From Eledone cirrhosa (taxonomy: Eukaryota): DNA of 64,000 nt. Positions 59,686 through 64,000 of the stretch are shown one piece after another. The notes beneath the pieces were generated by a model that saw nothing but the letters and a program-made list of their open reading frames with translations, searched no databases and was not told where the DNA came from. How positions within the stretch are numbered: position 1 is the first letter of the stretch; each line of letters starts with the position of its first letter. Location: positions 291,214,001 through 291,278,000 of the forward strand of contig OZ024741.1 of NCBI GenBank assembly GCA_964016885.1. Reading direction: 5' to 3'. The position numbers and the translations under genes were made by a program.

Positions 59686-59889
59686 ATATATATATATATA
59701 TAGGATAAAAGAGAAAACACAGGTAAGTATTAAAAAAAGGATTTTATCCAGGTATTTACGACCTTTTCGTTGGTAAGTGCAACCTTATATTGCTATACTG
59801 CAAATAGCAGCCACTCAATAATAATTGTTGTTCACGTCCAAATTTTCAAAATATGTATTTCTTCTTAATATTCTTTCTATTCAACTAAT

Positions 59890-59960
59890 AATTGTCTGAT
59901 GAGGTCATAACTGTTGCATAACAGTTATTCATCGAAATATATATATGTATAATAGCAATT
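59890..59960 (+). ncRNA. Probable type I hammerhead
   Basis: AATTGT-CTGATGA-ggtcATAACTGTT gcat AACAGTTATtcatc-GAAA-(TA-rich)-TA-GCAATT. Confidence 0.65.
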
Positions 59961-60029
59961 ATATGATGGATAAATGAAGTAAATTCTAAACTGTTCACTT
60001 GTAATTCATTATTTCGGACATGTTTTCCA

Positions 60030-60172
60030 TCATAGTTACGTCCCTTTATGATCTGAGTTCAAATCCCGCCGAGGTTAACTTTGCCTTTCATCCTTACGGG
60101 GTCGATAAAATAAAGTACCAGTAATGTACTGGGTACTTGCTGGCCTTGTGCCAAAAGTAGAAACAATTATTA
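60030..60172 (+). mobile_element. 5'-truncated tRNA-derived SINE
   Basis: Near-identical to the reverse complement of 51800-51940. Confidence 0.85.
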
Positions 60173-60343
60173 TAATTATACACAGGTGTACGCAGACCTG
60201 CTAGCATTCCTTTTTTTAGTGCTCTATTCTGCAGACAATAGTGTCGGTTGTGTAACTTATACATATTTTACCAAAAGCATATCTATGTATATATATATTA
60301 AAATATAAGTATTAATAAAATAGATGTTCTTTTGATCAATTAC

Positions 60344-60396
60344 ATTTTATTATACATATTTCGGATGTACAACACTACGTCCTCATCAGACAAAAT
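60344..60396 (-). ncRNA. Type I hammerhead (same family as 14973-15038)
   Basis: ATTTTGT-CTGATGA-GGAcGTA gtgttg TACaTCC-GAAA-TAtgTA-TA-ATAAAAT. Confidence 0.82.
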
Positions 60397-60474
60397 ATAA
60401 TGATACTTGACATACCCTGAGATGTTAAATGTAAAACTCATTCTTTGACATAATCATTGAATATTGTTTAACAA

Positions 60475-60589
<115 letters not shown>

Positions 60590-60689
60590 TGTTAGCAAAT
60601 TATTCTGCTCAACATTGCAAAACACACATATACATACTCTCTCTCGCTCTCTCTCTCTCTATCTATCTATCTATCACCCCCACCCCCCA

Positions 60690-63403
60690 ATGCCGATAGG
60701 AGTAGAAACGAGAAAGAATTAACAGGTAAATTAGAAGAGGCAATCAAGAACGAAGATATGGCCAGAGTGCTGGCATCGAGGACGGCCTTGAACCAGTTTT
60801 TCGATGCAAAGCACGAAGGCTGCGTCATTCGAACTAAAATACGTGCTCTAGGTAATGAGGGGGCCAAAGCCGTTGGCTGGGCCCGCGTGACAGAAGCTAA
60901 GAGTGGAAATCGATCCACCATCCGGTCTTTGCAAGACGAGGATGGATGGGTGATCCGGGAGCCTAAGCAGATGTGTGAGGCCTTTCAAAGGCACTTTGCC
61001 CGATTGTTTGGGGGAGGCGAGGGTCCGGCGGGGGCGTGGATTTCGGTCCATACCTCGAAGGCCTGCCGCGTCTCTCGAGCGAAGAGGCAGAGTCCTGCGA
61101 GGGACCAATCTCGGCTGAGGAGATCGGAGATGCGCTGAGCCAATGCAGCAGACGCTGCATAATGGTATACCTTACGAACTTTATTTAGCAATGCCGGTCT
61201 TCTTCTCCGAACTCCTCGAAACGGTCTACTGCAATTGGCAGCAGAAAGGGAGAATTCCTTGTTCTGTAGCCAAGAGCGTAGTCTCGCTGGTGAGGAAGGA
61301 CGAGAACAAGGGGGATAGTATAAATAATTTTCGGCCCATAACCCTGCTAAACACAGAGCTAAAGATTTTGGCCAAGGTGTTAGCAAAGAGGTTGGCGCTT
61401 GTCGTGGGTGGCCTGGTGGGAGATGCGCAGACATGTGCTATCCCATCCAGGTCCATTCACGATGACCTCCACCTCATGCGATACATCATAGAGAGGGTTG
61501 GCAACAAACCCGGCTTCGGTGGGGCCCTGATCAACTTGGATCAGTCTAAGGCCTTCGATAGGGTCGACCATGGTTACCTGGATGCGGTGCTAGCGGCCTG
61601 CTGGGTTCGGTCGTGTTTTTAGAGGCTGGATCACTGCCTTACATAGCAACCACATCTGTTCTAGGATCAAGGTGAACGGCTACCTTTCGAAGCCGTTCGA
61701 AATCACAGGATCCATTCGACAGGGGTGCCCTCTCTCCTCCCTTCTGTACGTATTGACTCTCGAGCCTTTACTGAGGAAGTTGGAGTTGTTGCAGGGTATC
61801 CCCCTGGAACCAGGAGTGTCGGCCTACGCCGATGACGTAACAGTAATGGTATCGACCGACTCGGAGATCGAGGCGATCGGTACCTTACTGGAGGATTACG
61901 AAAGGTTGTCAGGAGCGAAACTGAACCGGGAAAAATCCATCGGGCTGCAACTCGGAACGTGGAGAGGCTGACCGATGCCTCCCGACGGTGTCGTCGGACA
62001 CTGGACGGAGGGCCCGGTGAAGTTGCTTGGGGTTTGGATTGGACCGGACCTCCAGGTGGAAAAGAACTGGGACGAGGTTACGAACAAGGTATTTGCACTA
62101 ACCCAGAAATGGGCCAGGTGTAAGCTGTCCCTAAAGGTCGGGCGGAGGTGGCGAACATTTACATAGCGTCCGTCACTTACTACCGCCTGACTGTCGTGCC
62201 TTGCCCTAAGGAAACACTCTACACCATGGAACGCATGCTCTTCCAATTTCTCTGGAAGAGGCGCCTTCCTTTGGTGCCAACAACCTTCGAAAGGAGGGCT
62301 GGGGATGCCGTGGTTGATGATGCGTAGGCACGCATTAAGGCTACGGCACCTACAGGTATTCCTCACTGGTCAACCGGTGTGGGCTCCGTTCGTGAAACGA
62401 GCCTTTCCGAGACTCGTCTCGCTCACCGAGCTGCAGTCCTGGGTCAAGCAAATATCCGGAAAACTGGGAGACTGGCACACTGAGTGTGTCCAGTGGCTCA
62501 GGGCTCTCTGGCAAGCGGGCCAGGCCATCGGTGGAGAATCCACCTCATCATTCTATAGAGGGCTGGTGGCTAGCAGGGGCGATGACACCCTTGGAGAGTC
62601 ACTGGACATGGAAGAGGACGAACTGGCCAGCCTGTTCGGTAGGACTTTCGGCCCGGGACCAATGGACAACTTCCAGAAGTCACTAGCCTGGCAGTGCTAC
62701 CGGGGGGCTCTACCCGTTCGAGAGAGGCTCTACAGACACGGGCGCCCGAGCAGGGATCCCTCGAAAAAGATTTGCCCTAGATGCGTGTGTCACGAAGAAA
62801 CCGTTGCGCACGCATTGGTGCAATGTCCGGGCGTGGCTGATCTGTGGGGCTACGCCGAACGACTGCTGTCGCGGGTGGCGCCGATTCGATTGACCGCCGA
62901 GTCCGTGATGACAATCAAGCCGCCTCCCCTCTTCACAAAGGAAGCAAAGGCGGTTTTTCTGTGCGGAATAGCCATGTTGAAAGAGGTTGTTTGGTGGACA
63001 CGATTGAAAGGTCTGAGGTCAGGCAACTTCCTCTCTAGCCATAGTCTGGTCTACTTCTTCCGATATCACTTCGGAAGAAGGATAAGAATGGAGAGAGAGG
63101 TACATGGCCACAGGCAGTTTTATGAAAGGTGGGTGATAGTGGCGAGAATGGCTCGTGTAAATGGGCCTTCTCTGTATACCATCCTGTAGGTAAAGAAGTA
63201 AAGGAGAGGGGAGCACCTTCTCCATGTGCTCCCCGGGCAATGGATTGCACACTTTTTCGGGGGTGTGTGCAACCCCCATCACGTCCCCTCCCTTTTGAGG
63301 TTGTTTTCGATTATTTTCATTTTATACCCATTTTACTCGATTTTATGTAAACTCCCCCTTTGTATTTGTCCCGTCTTTTTATGCCTTTATGGTAAATAAA
63401 GAA
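60690..63403 (+). pseudogene. 5'-truncated Tx1/L1-clade LINE ORF2 with frameshifts and 3' UTR
   Basis: NFRPITLLNTELKILAK, NLDQSKAFDRVDH, IRQGCPLS..LY, AYADDV, SGAKLNREKS, C-terminal CPRC..ET..HAL..C. AATAAA at about 63395. Confidence 0.92.
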
Positions 63404-63581
63404 ATATATCTATATATCACCCGCCACCCTCCTCTCTCTGCGTGTAGGTAATTTATCTGGGATTTTGTTTTAAGGAAATTGCCAAGGAACCCTTTGAAAA
63501 TTATGGGAATATTTTGTCTTTAACATTAATGAGAGAAAGTCCGGTTAAATTGAAAAACAAGAGGTTCATAATTTTTATATG

Positions 63582-63628
<47 letters not shown>

Positions 63629-64000
63629 TATATAGGAGTCGCAAATGCTTAGGTCCGTCTCAACGGCTGACGACCTTGGAGTTGTATGTCTTCCGTTTGT
63701 CAATTTTTGGCTTTGTCTTTTTATTTCAAAAAGGTTCACGTTGCCTAGTTTCCGTACTTGTTTTCTTCCGCTGTTTTTTCTGTGTCAATTATATACCTAA
63801 TATATATATATGTATGTGTGTTAGTGTGTGTGTTTGTGTGTATGCGTGTGTGTGTCTTTATATATGTATGCATGTATGTATATATATATATATATATATA
63901 TATACAATATATTAACAAATGGAGATTATATTTATAAAACCATATTTATTTCATTATACATATTTCAACGGCTACCAAGGCAAACTATGGTGCGCTTTCA

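Overview
AT-rich, repeat-saturated eukaryotic DNA with no recognisable host protein-coding exon. The microsatellite load and the SINE types suggest an octopus or other coleoid cephalopod intronic/intergenic region (inference). Nearly all ORFs in the track are translations of (TA)n/(CA)n/(ACC)n repeats. Real coding remnants are all from transposons: three Penelope-like elements (PLEs; RT plus C-terminal GIY-YIG), one of which has an open 715-aa RT-EN ORF preceded by an ORF1 and a T TTT TTA overlap; Tx1/L1, CR1, RTE and CRE-like LINE fragments; and faint Gypsy remnants. There are also tRNA-derived SINEs, a non-autonomous Helitron and a piggyBac-like MITE. The main hidden pattern is that most short 'unique' islands between (TA)n arrays are small non-coding retroelements from more than ten different sequence families. 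They carry type I hammerhead ribozymes (HHRs; about 30 complete, variant or decayed motifs found by eye) and show two architectures. (i) Fold-back elements: an inverted copy of the 3' end, a sense copy, and an extra tail, with both ends fused to (TA)n. (ii) Retrozyme-like monomers/dimers with terminal direct repeats, consistent with reverse transcription of circular RNA. Coordinates were counted by hand and may be off by a few bases.
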